NCBI GenBank assembly: GCA_963575745.1
Contig: CAUYUJ010000002.1
Span: forward strand, 2,108,001 to 2,172,000
From: Prorocentrum cordatum
Taxonomy: Eukaryota
Reading direction: 5' to 3'
Length of the DNA: 64,000 bases
Part shown: piece by piece, positions 14,701 through 26,125 of the stretch
Position numbering within the stretch: position 1 is the stretch's first letter
Layout: every line of letters begins with the position of its first letter
The notes under the pieces: generated by a model
Databases searched by the model: none
Told to the model about the DNA's origin: nothing
What the model saw: the letters and a program-made list of their open reading frames with translations, nothing else
Translations under genes and position numbers: made by a program

Positions 14701-17700
14701 GCGCCGACCCCAGGCGCTCCAACCTGTGGAAGTTCCAGGTCCTCATGGCGACGGCCCAGAACTGCACGTGCGGCAGTACATTATCACCTCCCCGACTTCA
14801 ACAAATTCGAGAAGCAGTTCGCGACCATTTGGCTTCAACCACTTGCTCCACCGACAGCCTCTTCCAGCTCTACTTGCCATACATCCGCAATCAATTGGGG
14901 GTTGCTGGGCTTGTGTTCTAATCGCCTTTCTTCTGGGGCATTGGGGACGGCAGCATTCGTCGGGGGGGCAGGTCCACTTAGGTCGGTCATCTCCGCGGCA
15001 GCCGTGGCAGCGTTTGCGCTGTGATCTCGAAGGGCCGAGTGCACCCCCTCCATCCGATCGATTGCGGGCGGGGGCAGCGAGCAGCGGCGCTACTGACAGT
15101 TAGGGCTTCGAGGGGCATGGGCAGGTTGTAGCAGCTGTCCCAGATGGGGGCGCGCTCGACGGGGGCGTTGCGGCGGGCTGCCGCCGTGGATTTTGGGCGC
15201 TTTGAGGGGTGGGTGGGGGATGGAAGCGATTGGCTCGGGGGTCGGGGTGGGGAAGCAGCGTTGACAGAGGCTAGCTCGGGCATGACGAGTCGCTGGGGCA
15301 GTTGGGGCATGGGGGCTGGCCGCGGATGATTAGGGGCGCTTGTTGGGTGGTTGGTGGTGGCGGGGTCGACGGGCAGAGGGCCGCCATCCTCCCCCCCCTC
15401 TTCCTCTACCTCCTCAGCCTCGCAATCAGGGGGGGGGGCGGGCCAGAGGTGCGCCCCTTGCGGGGGGAGGTTGGCGCGGTTGGGAGGGGGTGAGTAAATG
15501 ATGGGGGTATGGTCGGCGTGATGGCAGAGGGTGCATGGGCTGGGGTGCGGGGGCAGCGGGGCTGGTCGAGGGCCATTTGCAGCCCCATTCCCGCGCCCCA
15601 GGTGGATCCTGCTTCAGCCGCGGGGGACGCCGATGTCATTTGGAACGGCTTGAAGCACCACCCATTCTTGATGAACAAAGGGGAGCGAGTGAATTTAGGA
15701 AAATACCAGGCCCCCGTCCACATCGCGAAGAAAACTTTGGGGCTGTACTCGTTCAAATCATATTTTTTCAACGCCGCAGCTTTGCGCATCGGCCTCAAGG
15801 GCGCCGACCGCCGCCACCAGCCAGCGCCGCCCAAGCCCGCGGACCCCGAGTTGGAGGCCAAGCCCACTGTGAAGCAGGCTGGGAAGGAGCCGTGGACAGC
15901 TGAGACGACGAACCAACTCGACCGCGCTGCCTACGTGTTCGGCGACATCGAGAACTACTTCGTTCAACAAGTGATAGTGAACGTGCTGCACCCGACGTGC
16001 GAGCTGCACGCGAGGCGCCCCATGGTCAATTGTTGTCATCATGTTAGTGCGGTTGTCGTAGCAGGTTGTAACGTTTGGGGCCCTCGGGGTTCGGATGGGC
16101 ACCGCCATGCGGGATGGGGGTGGAGGAGGGGGGCAAGGGGGAGGGGGGGCTCTGGGCTGCGGGCGGGCCCGTCGAGCAGGCCGCGGCGTCAGGGCCCGTG
16201 GGCATAGGGGGATGTCAACGTCCCAGCGCGTGAGAACGCCTGTGATTTGTTCGCAGATGTCTGGCGAGTGAAAGGTAAGGGCAGGAGGGGGACGGGAGGA
16301 AGGATTCAGGTGGAGGGGCACTGGAGGACGGGCATTGTATCAGGCAGGAGGGAGGACGGGCAGGGAAGTCGGCAGGAAGGTTCGGCGATGGGGAGGGGGG
16401 GGGAGGCGGGGATGAAGGGGGAGGAGGGAGGCGGAGGTGGATTGGAGGGGGGAGGCGCGGAGGGTTTTTATTGATGGGGGGGGTGGGCTAGCAGGCGGAG
16501 TCGCATCTATGCGTTTGCTCTCCCCCCCCCCTGTCTTCCCCCACCCAGGCAGAGCAGGCAGTTGAGGGAGCGCGGGGCGGCCCTCGATTGGGAGCTCGCC
16601 ATGTGCCAGGGTCAGTACAAGGAGCTCGAGACCCAGGCGATCAGCAACTGGACGGACACGCAGAAGTACAACGACATGGGCGTCGAGGTCAGCTGGAACT
16701 CCACCACGCTGTGCTTGGACCACCCGCGGGTCGCCAGCTCCGACGAGCTGGCCAGCGCGATGGTCGGCCTGAGCATCGCGACTGCCATGGAGCATGCGAG
16801 GAGGAGCTTCTTGTACTCCCACGGGCTGCCGAGGCGCATGGCCCTTTTGCTCCAAGACGGGTTGTGCGACCAATTCGCGACAGAGTTGAGGGAGGATTGG
16901 AGGCTGTACAGGAAGCTGAAGGACGAGTGCACGTTCCCTGGCTCGAAGGCCATGGCTGCGCGCTCCGTCTTCAACAAAATGCCCGTGCTGCAGCTCGTCC
17001 TCTGCCTGGAGGAGGAGCACTGGGTGGTCACGGAGAGGTCGGGGGCCTGGCGACACATGATATCTTACCATGTCGATGCCTTGCGCTAGCGCGCCAGGCG
17101 CGTTAGGGCGGGGCATCGGTCGAGTAGGGTGTCTGTTTCGTCTCCAGGTTACGCAAGTGGGTGAGGAGGGTGGGGGACCGCTTCATCTGCCAGCAATTGG
17201 TTGAGGACAGCTTTGGGAAGGTGAAGTCGAGAGTGGACAGGATGTCCAACACGGTGTGCACACCGCAGGCCACAATGGCTGTGATCGTGGACTCGAAGGT
17301 GCTCAGCACTACCCACAGGTACATCGAGGTGGACCGCAACGACGTCGCACCAGAGCGTGGAGCAGTTCTCGACCCACGCGCATTCAAGCCAGCGCTGCAG
17401 CGGCGCCTGCTGGACGTGGCCACCCGCAACTTGAAGCTGTTTGACGTGAGCGGCACGGGCCCTCCCTCGTGGTACTCGACTTCGGCCCACAACTACTGCG
17501 AGAACCTCGTGGACCTCGAGGTCATCAGGCAGGCGAATCGCGCGGGCAAGATGGAGTCGCTGCACCGCAGGTGGTTGGCAGGCCTCGCGAACGACGGCAT
17601 CATCCTGAGGCGCGTTGGGACCGAGGATTGGATGCTCGGCCTGGGGTGCCTGAGCACCAGCCTGGCTGTGGGCTGGCCCATGCGGAGGCTCGGAGTCGGC

Positions 17701-17874
17701 GTCGCCAAGTGGGTCCCCGACCTTGCCAAGGAGCGGCAAATGTTCATCATCCTGGACCCCGCGGAGTGGCAGGCCTTCGAAGTCCAGTACCGCTCCCCCC
17801 TCCACCAGGCGGTGCGCCTCGAGATGACTGTCAAGGGCCCAGCGTCGAACTCGGAGACCGACGTCGACCTGCAG
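1396..17874 (+). CDS. DDE-type transposase gene, copy 1, 3'-incomplete (last two exons fall beyond the gap)
   Basis: Exons: 1396-1444 (tentative), 1572-1699, 2780-3475, 9886-10131, 11070-11276, 11599-11718, 13082-13179, 14190-14516, 14714-14900, 15602-16014, 16549-17037, 17148-17874. Phases join in frame, and the motifs match copy 2. Confidence 0.75.
3870..9600. mobile_element. Decayed nested insertion in a transposase intron (unclassified, possibly retroelement-derived), copy 1; boundaries approximate
   Basis: This intron (3476-9885) is 6.4 kb, while the ordinary introns are 0.1-1.4 kb. The block has AT-richer ends and a complex CpG-rich interior with no credible ORF. I could read no diagnostic motif. 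Confidence 0.45.
5675..5737. repeat. (CT)n microsatellite; also at about 30449-30511
   Basis: Directly visible CT dinucleotide run with one interruption. Confidence 0.95.
10180..10870. repeat. Degenerate (GAC)n tract followed by (GTC)n tract in an intron; also at about 34940-35635
   Basis: GAC-rich 5' half switches to a GTC-rich 3' half near 10610. Confidence 0.8.
11745..12350. repeat. Degenerate (GAC)n then (GTC)n tract in an intron; also at about 36510-37110
   Basis: GAC repeats run to about 11930, then GTC repeats. Confidence 0.85.
13180..13630. repeat. Degenerate short-unit tandem repeat (GGGGCYTCCGA-like); also at about 37942-38390
   Basis: Recurrent gggcttccga / gggcctccga units of about 11 bp. 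Confidence 0.65.
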
Positions 17875-18116
17875 GACTGCGGCGGGCTTGGGGGGCTGGC
17901 CCATGCGGAGGCTCGGAGTCGGCGTCGCCAAGTGGGTCCCCGACCTTGCCAAGGAGCGGCAAATGTTCATCATCCTGGACCCCGCGGAGTGGCAGGCCTT
18001 CGAAGTCCAGTACCGCTCCCCCCTCCACCAGGCGGTGCGCCTCGAGATGACTGTCAAGGGCCCAGCGTCGAACTCGGAGACCGACGTCGACCTGCAGGAC
18101 TGCGGCGGGCTTGGGG
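17671..18116 (+). repeat. 223-bp tandem duplication of an exon 3' end plus splice donor; copy 1 only
   Basis: 17671-17893 is repeated at 17894-18116. Copy 2 has one unit, and the inter-copy offset changes from 24763 to 24540. Confidence 0.95.
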
Positions 18117-19533
18117 GGGGGAGGGGGGGGGCGAGGGTGAACGCAAGCAGCAAACGGGGTTTAAGGAGGAGGGTGCAGGAGGAGGAATCATATAGATGAG
18201 CGAGGGCACTGTTAGCTGCTGAATGCCATGCCCGATGGGCGGCTCGCCGTGGGCATGCGCGTCTACCCCCCTCCTCCTGCGCCCCTCCCCCCTTCCCTCC
18301 CTCCTCGCTATCCTCCCTCTCGCCCTTCCCCCCTCCCCTCCCTCTTCCTCCCCTCTTCCCCCTCCCGCCTCCCGCTCCCCCCCCAACGCATCCCCCCGCC
18401 CTTCCCTCTCCACCCCCCCCCACCTCCCACCTCTCATCCTCTTCATCTTCCTACCTCCCACCCCCGCCGGCGGGAGCGTCGGGGGCGGGGGAGGGGGTCG
18501 GGCGGCGGCGGCCAGGGGGTGCGGATGGGGGGGGGGGAGGGTCGGGCGGGATGGCGAAGGAGGGCGGTTCGGGAGGGGTCGGCGGGCAAGGGGGGGGGGG
18601 AAGGAGATCGGATGGGGGTGCGTTTTTTTTGGGGGGGGGTCGGGGAGGGGGGTCGGGAGGGCAGGGGGGGATGATGGACGGGCGGGGGTCGAGGGGGATA
18701 CCTGGTGACCTGGGTGGGGCGGGGCATTGGGAAGGGGGGCCTGCTTCGACGCCGTTCTGTTTTGCAATTGTGTTTTCAATATCGCTACGTTTTCGTGTTA
18801 CGTATGCCCCACAATTTTAAAATGGCAACTTTCGTAATTCAGCTTCGAGTCGCGCCGTCGTCGCGCATGGCCCGTACAACATCAGTCTAGCGCAGATTGT
18901 TGTTTGCATTGGCGCCGCGTCTCTAAATGCGATACGGTACTTCGCCGCGTTGTCGCTTCGAACTTACTGTTCGCCCAGCTTCGCCTGCCCGTTGCGCGCG
19001 CGGAAGGGGCGTGCAAGCACATGCGTGCCATGCGCGTCGGGTGTCGATGTATTTTTTGGGGTGGCTGATCGCGCTGTAGCTGGAGGTGTTGGCGCAGTCG
19101 CCACATGCGTTTCCATCTGTGTATTCGCCCACAAGCGCCCGTTAGGGCACCGCGTATGTCTTCGCACAGCCCCCGCCGAGCTCCCCCCCGCATGCACCCC
19201 GCGCCTTGCCTGCGAGCGGCCGCGCCGCCCTGAACATCCTCAGGGCGGCGCGGCAATTCTGCCTTCTGTCCGACGCTTGCTCGCGGCGCGGCGCGGTGGC
19301 GCGGGCGGGCCGCGCGCGCCGCATTGCGCTTCCCAGTCGGGGCTTAGGTTGCCCTGAGCATCGCGTGCGGCGCCCCGTGCCGCATTGGCCAGGGTCGCCC
19401 GCGTGTCTCTGAATTGTAATGGCGCGGTTAACATGCGCTAGTTGCTCATGTGGGACAGATTGTACATCTATATTTAACTGGTCTAGATAGCAGCGACTGG
19501 CATTATACCGAATGATAATACCGTAGCGGTGGC

Positions 19534-19633
19534 NNNNNNNNNNNNNNNNNNNNNNNNNNNNNNNNNNNNNNNNNNNNNNNNNNNNNNNNNNNNNNNNNNN
19601 NNNNNNNNNNNNNNNNNNNNNNNNNNNNNNNNN
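19534..19633. other. Assembly gap (100 N)
   Basis: Run of 100 n. Confidence 1.
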
Positions 19634-20005
19634 CTCGTTGTTTTGTTTTTGTTGCCCGTTCCGACGCCGTTTTTTTTACCGGTTCCGTCGCTGTTTTTGT
19701 TACCGGTTTCGGCTCCGGGTCCAATCCTGGAGCGGTTTTTCTGGCCGCTTCCGGTCGCCGTTGTTGTGCCGTTTCCACTCGGAACGGTGAAGAAACGGCC
19801 CTACCGTTCCGGGGCCCACTATCAGGCGATCGCAAACATGGATCAAGGGGGCGTGGATTAGCGACGGGTCCCCATTCTGGAAATCGCGGATTTCCACTGC
19901 CGAGCAGGGCTGCACCGGCCGCATTTTGGGGAGGGCACCTCCCCCGATCCATGCATGCGCGCCCCCGACACTTTGGGCTGACCCCCCCCCCACTCCCCCT
20001 TGCAG

Positions 20006-20083
20006 GTCTGGGCCACAGCTGCGGCGCTCGGCGCCCTGTCCCTCGCCCTGGCCGACGTCTCCGGCGCGCACTTCAATCCGGCC
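20006..20083 (+). CDS. Single exon of an aquaporin / major intrinsic protein (MIP) gene
   Basis: Pyrimidine tract and CAG|G acceptor; reads VWATAAALGALSLALADVSGAHFNPA, containing the MIP SGxHxNPA signature; followed by a GTGAGT donor. Confidence 0.85.
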
Positions 20084-20693
20084 GTGAGTCCGCCCTCCGC
20101 CCGCCGCGCGCGCGCGCGCCGCGCGCGCCGGCGAGCGGGCAGGGCCGTCGCCGGCGCCGTCGCCCAGATCTCCGACGATCTTTCGTGCGATTGTCCCCGA
20201 TTTTCGGTCTGCGGGTCTGCCTGCGAGGTTCGGGCCTCCTTCCCAGAGTTCCGAGGAGTTGTCCGACGACGTTCCGTCTGGGCGTTCTCGATCTTCGGTC
20301 CGGGCTTTCGCTTCCGGTCTTCGGTTTCCGGGTTCTCGGTCTTCGGTTGTCGGTTCTCGATCTTCTTTGTTTTTACGGCTTTTTGGTTTGGGGGGCCGTG
20401 AACAACCAGCCCAGGACGAACAGCTGCCCTTGGCGAGGTGATGGAGACCTCTGGGGCCTCTGCAGGGGAAGAGGACGGAACGGCATGAACAGACGCTTCC
20501 GCAGCCCCGAACGCTAAGGTTTCCGCTGCCTTTGCCTCGTTCTCGCTTGTTTCCTTGATAGCGTTTCGCTCGAGGGTGGTACTAGTGGTAGCAAATGATC
20601 ACAGAAGAGTCCCGACGGGGAGGCCTAGACCGTCCGGTCTGGCAGCCGTTCTGCTTTATATTCCGTAACCGTTTTTTCAGCAGTCTTGTTTCA

Positions 20694-20720
20694 GGAGAGA
20701 ATATCTCACCCCCCACCCAA
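20694..20720 (+). repeat. Left terminal inverted repeat
   Basis: GGAGAGAATATCTCACCCCCCACCCAA; 21/27 ungapped match to the reverse complement of 54498-54524. Confidence 0.75.
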
Positions 20721-21109
20721 GAAACCCCTTGGGTGGGGGGCCCAGGGCCCGATGGCTCCAAAAATCCAGAACGCCGTTAAAATAAACGCGCGAGGCAGCG
20801 CCCCGCGTCATTGTAGGTCCGTGCGCCTTGCGGCGCGCGGGTTACTAGGAAGGGGTATTCATGGGGTGTGTGGGTCGAGTAGGAAGAGACATTCATTGGG
20901 GGGGGTCTGGCGGCCGCGTCGCAGGAATGACAGGTAGGGCGGCGCACGTGTAACGGGGGGGGGCGGGTAGACGGGCGGAGGAGAAACCATGGTGATGAGA
21001 GGAGGGGGCGCGCCTGATACTGAAAAGGGAAAGGAGGAGGACAATTCAGCGAGGAGTAGAGTGTGTGGCCTCCCTCTCTTCTCCCTCCTTCTTCCCCCGC
21101 TCCCTCGCA

Positions 21110-21345
21110 CTCGGCGTCGTCGTCGTCGTCGTCGCCGTCCGTCGTCGCCCGTCGTCAACGTCGCCGTCGCCATCGCCATCGCCATCGCCCGTTGTCCGTC
21201 GTCCGTCGTCCGTCGTCCGTCGTGCGTCGCGCGTCGTTCGCCATCGGTCGTCCGTCGTCTGTCGTCCTCCGTCGTCCGTTGTCCGTCGCCCCCGTCGTCC
21301 TGGCCACCGTCGCCGTCGCCGTCGTCCTCGTCGTCGTCGTCGCAG
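21110..21345. repeat. (GTC)n/(GTCC)-type low-complexity repeat upstream of gene A
   Basis: Directly visible cgtcgtcgt / cgtccgtcgt runs. Confidence 0.8.
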
Positions 21346-21412
21346 GCGTTTGGCCAGCGACCGAGCGAGGCCCTCGGCCCCCGCCGTCGCCCTCGTCGCC
21401 CTTGCCGCGGCC

Positions 21413-23151
21413 ATGGCCGTTTCGGTCGCGGCCGCTCTCGCCGCCGGCCCCGCGCCCGAGGGCGCCTCGGCGCCCGCGGCGCAGACGCCGCCGTCGGCGC
21501 CGCCCCCGCCCTCTGGGGCAGGCGCGTCGCTGGCCGCGGGGGCCAGCAGCTCCGCCGCGGGGTCGGCCGCCGACGCGCCCGCCGCCAAGAAGCGCAAGGT
21601 CGTCGTCGACCCCGACCTGCGCCTCTTGTCGCAAATGCTCGTCGACAAGGCTTCGCCTTCTTACTCTTCCTTCTTATCTCCCCCATCCCTCGTCCGTCCT
21701 GCCTTCATCCCATCCCTCTTCTCCACTTGCTCCTCCTTCTTACCCTCCTCCCTCTTCCTTCTTACCCATCCTCCCTCTCCTTGGTCATCACTCCGCTTGC
21801 TATTCCTTCTTACCTTTCTCTCCCTCTTCTTCCTTCATCCCGCATCCCCCGCTCCTCATAACCCCAGCCCGCACCTTGCTCCGTCGCCGCGTCACCCCCC
21901 CTCCGCCGCTGCCCGCAGGCGGAGCCCCCGCGCGGCACCGCGGCCGAGGTCAAGTTCAAGCACCTTGAGAAGATCAAAGGCGTGTGCCTGGTCTTGCTCA
22001 AGGACCCGATGGGTCATGGCAGTCGGCGTAGGATTAGGAGTAGGGGTAGGAGTAGGGGAATGATGATGGATGATTGAGGGCGGGGTGTGGGGTAGGAGCA
22101 GGGGTAGGAATCGGAGTAGGCTCAGGATCCATATGCCTTGGGGCGTTAGCCCATGCGGTCGATGTGGAATGGGGTCGGAGTGAGAGTAGGAGTAGGAGCG
22201 GGAGTAGGGCCATGAGAAAGAGCAGGAGGAGGAGTATGCTTAGGAGTATGAGTGGGATCAGGGGTATAGCATGGGCTGTTGTGCCCAGGGCTCGTGGCCT
22301 CATTCTCGCATCCTCCGCGATCGCCTCGCCACCTCCGTCGTCGTCGTCGTCGTCGCGTCGCCGCGCCCGCCCCGCATCGCGCGGCGCTGCAGGACACGGC
22401 GAAGACCGCGCACATCGAGGTCGAAGCGTCCAGGCCGCTGTCGGAGATCACCCAGACCCCGATCAAGCGCGGGGCGAAGAAGGCGGAGCTCGAGGCAGAG
22501 CAGTTGAACAGGTCGCCCACCTTCGACGCCACGAAGGTCAAGCACATCAAGGATATCCCCGCGGCGTGGATGCTGCAGTGCATGAAGAACTGCAAGGGTG
22601 CTGGCGACGTGCCGCTCGCCGTGGTCACCCTCATTACTGGCAGGTCGGGCGTCGCTTTGAAGCTCATCGTGCACTACCTTTCTGGTCACTCGCTGCCGCC
22701 CTCCCCCCTCTCCCCCCCCACCTCCTGCTCGCTCCCCTGCCCCTCCTCCCGTCTCCTGCCCGCTCCCATCCCCCCGCGCCTCACGATTATGAGCCTCCGC
22801 CTCACCTCTCATTTTGTCACCTTCCCCCTTCGCCCCGCATTCGCCCCGAGGGAGAGGAGGGGCGGGGCGGGGCATGAGGGCGAGGGCCATGAGGATGCAA
22901 GAGCACGGAAGATGATGACGCGGGTGACGATGAAGATAAGGTGTGAGGACATGGGGGGGGGTGGATGGGGATGAGGGGGGAGGAAGGCGCGTCGCGGCCT
23001 TCGTCGCCGACGTCGCCGTCGTCGCCGTCGCCCTGTTCGAGCCCCCACCCCCTCCTCCAATGGCCCCCCCCCCCTCCCGAGGGGGCGCGGGGGGGGGGCT
23101 GGAGGAGTGGGCAATGTTTGATCTTAACGACGGCGTCGGCGACGACGACGA

Positions 23152-23182
<31 letters not shown>

Positions 23183-23187
23183 CGCGG

Positions 23188-23234
<47 letters not shown>

Positions 23235-24778
23235 ACGACGACTGCGACGACCGCGACGCCGCTGACGACGACTGCGGCGGCGGCGATTGCGACGACGGCC
23301 GCGAGCCAGGTCTTGACCCCATGTTCCAGATTGGAGGGGACATGCTCGTGAAGGACAACTTCGCGCGCTTCTTCACCCAGATGGTGAATGAGCGGAACCT
23401 CCTCGCCGTCGCAGGTGGCTTTTTCCAGGAGATCATGGTTGACGGTCAGCCGAAGTTCGTCCACCCCCACTGCATCTTCTCGGTGGCCAGGGGCAAGGAG
23501 AGCTCTGCGGACGACGAGGACGACGAGGAGGAGGCGCACCGCTAGCATCGGCCGCCGCTTTCTCGTCGGGGTGCGGAGGAGAGCGGAACGGGGAGTGGAT
23601 GAGGAGCGGGAGGGTCGAGTGGCATGGGCATGGGAGGTTGGGAAGGATAGGGGGGTGGAGCGGATGGCGAGGGTGAGCGGGGGGGCCGAGCAGGTCGGGG
23701 TGTCATTGTTTCGCTCGAGGGTGATTCCCTCCCGCCGCTCACCTCGCCACTCTCCCGCCCTGCTCCTCATTTCCCATTTTCCGCCCACCCACTCCCCATC
23801 CACTCCGTATCTCTACCCTCCCATTCCCCGTCCATTCCCACTCCCTGTTCTCCCGCTTCCCGCCCGCTCCGACTCCTACTCTCTACTCTCCCCCTCCTTC
23901 TCCCACTCCTCTCCGCTCCCCCCCTTCCCGCCCCTGCCCTATGCGCCCCCGCTCGCCGTCCACCCCCGACCCCTCCCCCCCTGCCCCTTCCCCCCCCACC
24001 TCCATCCCGCCCCGCCCCGCATCTATGCCGCGCCGCAGCCCGACGTCATCAAGAACAACGTGACGCGCGAGAGCTACGCGCTGCAGGAGAGGTTCCCTGC
24101 AGGCGCCCTGCCTCTTGTTGTTTGCGAGGATGTGGAGATAGGAGGGCAGCGCTGGCGATGAGGGCATGGCGCCCGGGTCGGCGAGAAGGGCGGGGGATGA
24201 GGGCGCGCGGGGGAGGAAGGTTGCATGAGCGATGCTGAGGGGTGGGCGCTCGGGACGGAAGGGTGGGGAGGGGGGTTCGTGAGCGAAGATGCGCGGATGA
24301 GAGGAGCGTGGATGGGGGGTGGGAGGGCGGGCGGCGAGACGGGCAAGGGGCGCGGGCGATGGTGGCGAGGCGGCAGGGGTTGGGGAGGAGGGGTAGGAGA
24401 GCACCGATGGCGAGGGCGAGGGGGGCGTAGGGGAGTGCGCGGAGGAGTCGGGGTTATGCATCTGCGCCCCCCACGCTTGCGTTCGGCCCAGCCCGCCGAG
24501 GCAAAGAGATCATGGACAACTATTCGGTGGCCAGCGCGCGCGTCACGATCATGAACCACAAGGTCTTCATCACGACGCTCATCGCGAAGAGGAAGGAGGC
24601 GAAGGGAGCGAAGGTCATGAACCAGCAGAAGGCGGTTGACTTTGTGAAGGCGCTGGAGCAGAAGAAGCAGGAGGCCGTCGTCACCGTGAGCTCAGAGATG
24701 GTGATGGCCGCGCGCCGCAAGCGCGTCAAGGGCGCGGCGGGGGGCCTTTCTGCCCCGTCGACGTTGGGCCCCTCGTGA
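21413..24778 (+). CDS. Accessory gene A: unknown protein of about 392 aa, 6 exons, with an NLS-like PAAKKRKV motif
   Basis: Exons: 21413-21649, 21919-22002, 22393-22684, 23310-23533, 24039-24102, 24501-24778. Donors are GC, GA, GT, GC, GC. Phases join into 1179 nt without internal stops, and complex coding-like islands alternate with low-complexity introns. Confidence 0.75.
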
Positions 24779-25767
24779 GGCGTGGCTGCCCGTTCGGCAT
24801 CGCATGTTTTGATGCGGATCGGGTCCTGGAGTGGGTTGGCCCTGTACATCGGTCGCCCCTCCGTGGCTCGGCGGTCGGCCCTGTAGTTTTCGATGCAGGC
24901 CGATCTCGTAGTTTCTCGTGGGGGCCTGGGCGTGGCAGCTCGGATCCGTGCTCGGCCGTCGTAGCTTCTAGGGGGTGGCCCATGGCCTGCTCGCTTGCTT
25001 GTTGGGTAAGTGCGCGCACAGGCTCATGGGGCGGTCGAGCGTGATTGCATATCACCCCCCAATGATGTTCAGGACGAGGAGGTTGAGGCGGGTGGAGGGG
25101 GGGGGGAGCGCGAGGGGGACGCGGAGGATGATGGGGGGGGGCGAGGAGGGGCATGGTGATGATGAGGAGGATGAGGAGCCTGATTGCACACCACCCCCAT
25201 TGATAATGGGGGGATGATGGGGGTGATGAGGAGGCGGGCGGGGTTGAGGGCGATAGGGGGAGGGGGGGGTGGAAAATGGGGTGAATCTGATGATGGGCTT
25301 ATCTGCGTGCCCCCCCCATTTGAGGAGCGGGGCGCGTGCGTGCGCGCGTGCGCGCGGGGGAGGGGGGGGGGGAGGGGGTGGGATGAGGATGAGGAGGGGG
25401 GTGAGGAGGGCGAGGGGGGTGGCGATGCTGAGGGAGGGGGGGAGGGGCTGGTAGGGACCAGGTTGCCCCCAGAGGATGGCGTGGAGGATGAGGGGGATGG
25501 CGACGGGGGTGAGAAGGCGGAAGACGCGGAGGATGAGGAGGGTGATGGGAGGGTGTGCCCGCCCACGAGGCACGCGCTGCGCGCGCTGGCTTCAATTCGG
25601 CCCCCAGGCAGCAGGCTATGGCTGACTGGCAACGGGGTGCCACGCATGGTCGAGCGTGGGCTGAATCGGAGCGTGCTCAGTCTCAACTTTCCGTGAGGAA
25701 AAGCACATAGGCAGGCGGAGTGGTCGGGTTCCCGCCGCAATGATCAGCGTGTCAGTGTGTCGCCGCC

Positions 25768-25941
25768 TTTTTATTTTTTCTTTTTTTTTTTTTTTGGTCT
25801 TTGTTTCTTTTTTGTTTTTTTTCTTATTTTTTTTTTTTTTTTTTCCTGTTTTTTTTTTTTTTGTTTTTTTTCTTTTTTTTTTGTTTTTTTTATTTTCTCT
25901 TTGTGTTTTTATATTTTTTTTTTTTTTTTCCTTATTTTTTT
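25768..25941. repeat. Impure poly(T) tract present only in copy 2
   Basis: About 175 nt of almost pure T; absent at the homologous site of copy 1 (about 1214). Confidence 0.9.
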
Positions 25942-26125
25942 CCTCACTGTTCCACGTTCCGTGCGGCTCGTCGTTGGCCCATTGTCAGGGGCACGGGCCT
26001 CTGCGCCTGCGGGTGGTGGCGGTGGTTTCCTGACGTCGGCTGCGGCGCCGCAAGTGGGCCCTCCCCCCGAGCCCGATCGAGCTCGCTGCACCCCGTGGTT
26101 GGCGCCCTCTGGCACGCATCGGCGG

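Larger units (their letters stand above)
1..19533 (+). mobile_element. Partial second copy of the 20694-54524 DNA transposon (or a falsely duplicated contig); cut by the window start and by the N gap
   Basis: Collinear and nearly identical to about 24549-44076. Position 1 equals 24549; the offset moves from 24548 to about 24779/24763 and then 24540 through indels. It shares the same exons, introns and nested insertions. Confidence 0.9.

Noticed and set aside
25740..26033. Phe-rich membrane-protein-like ORFs
   Set aside because: Translation of the poly(T) tract.
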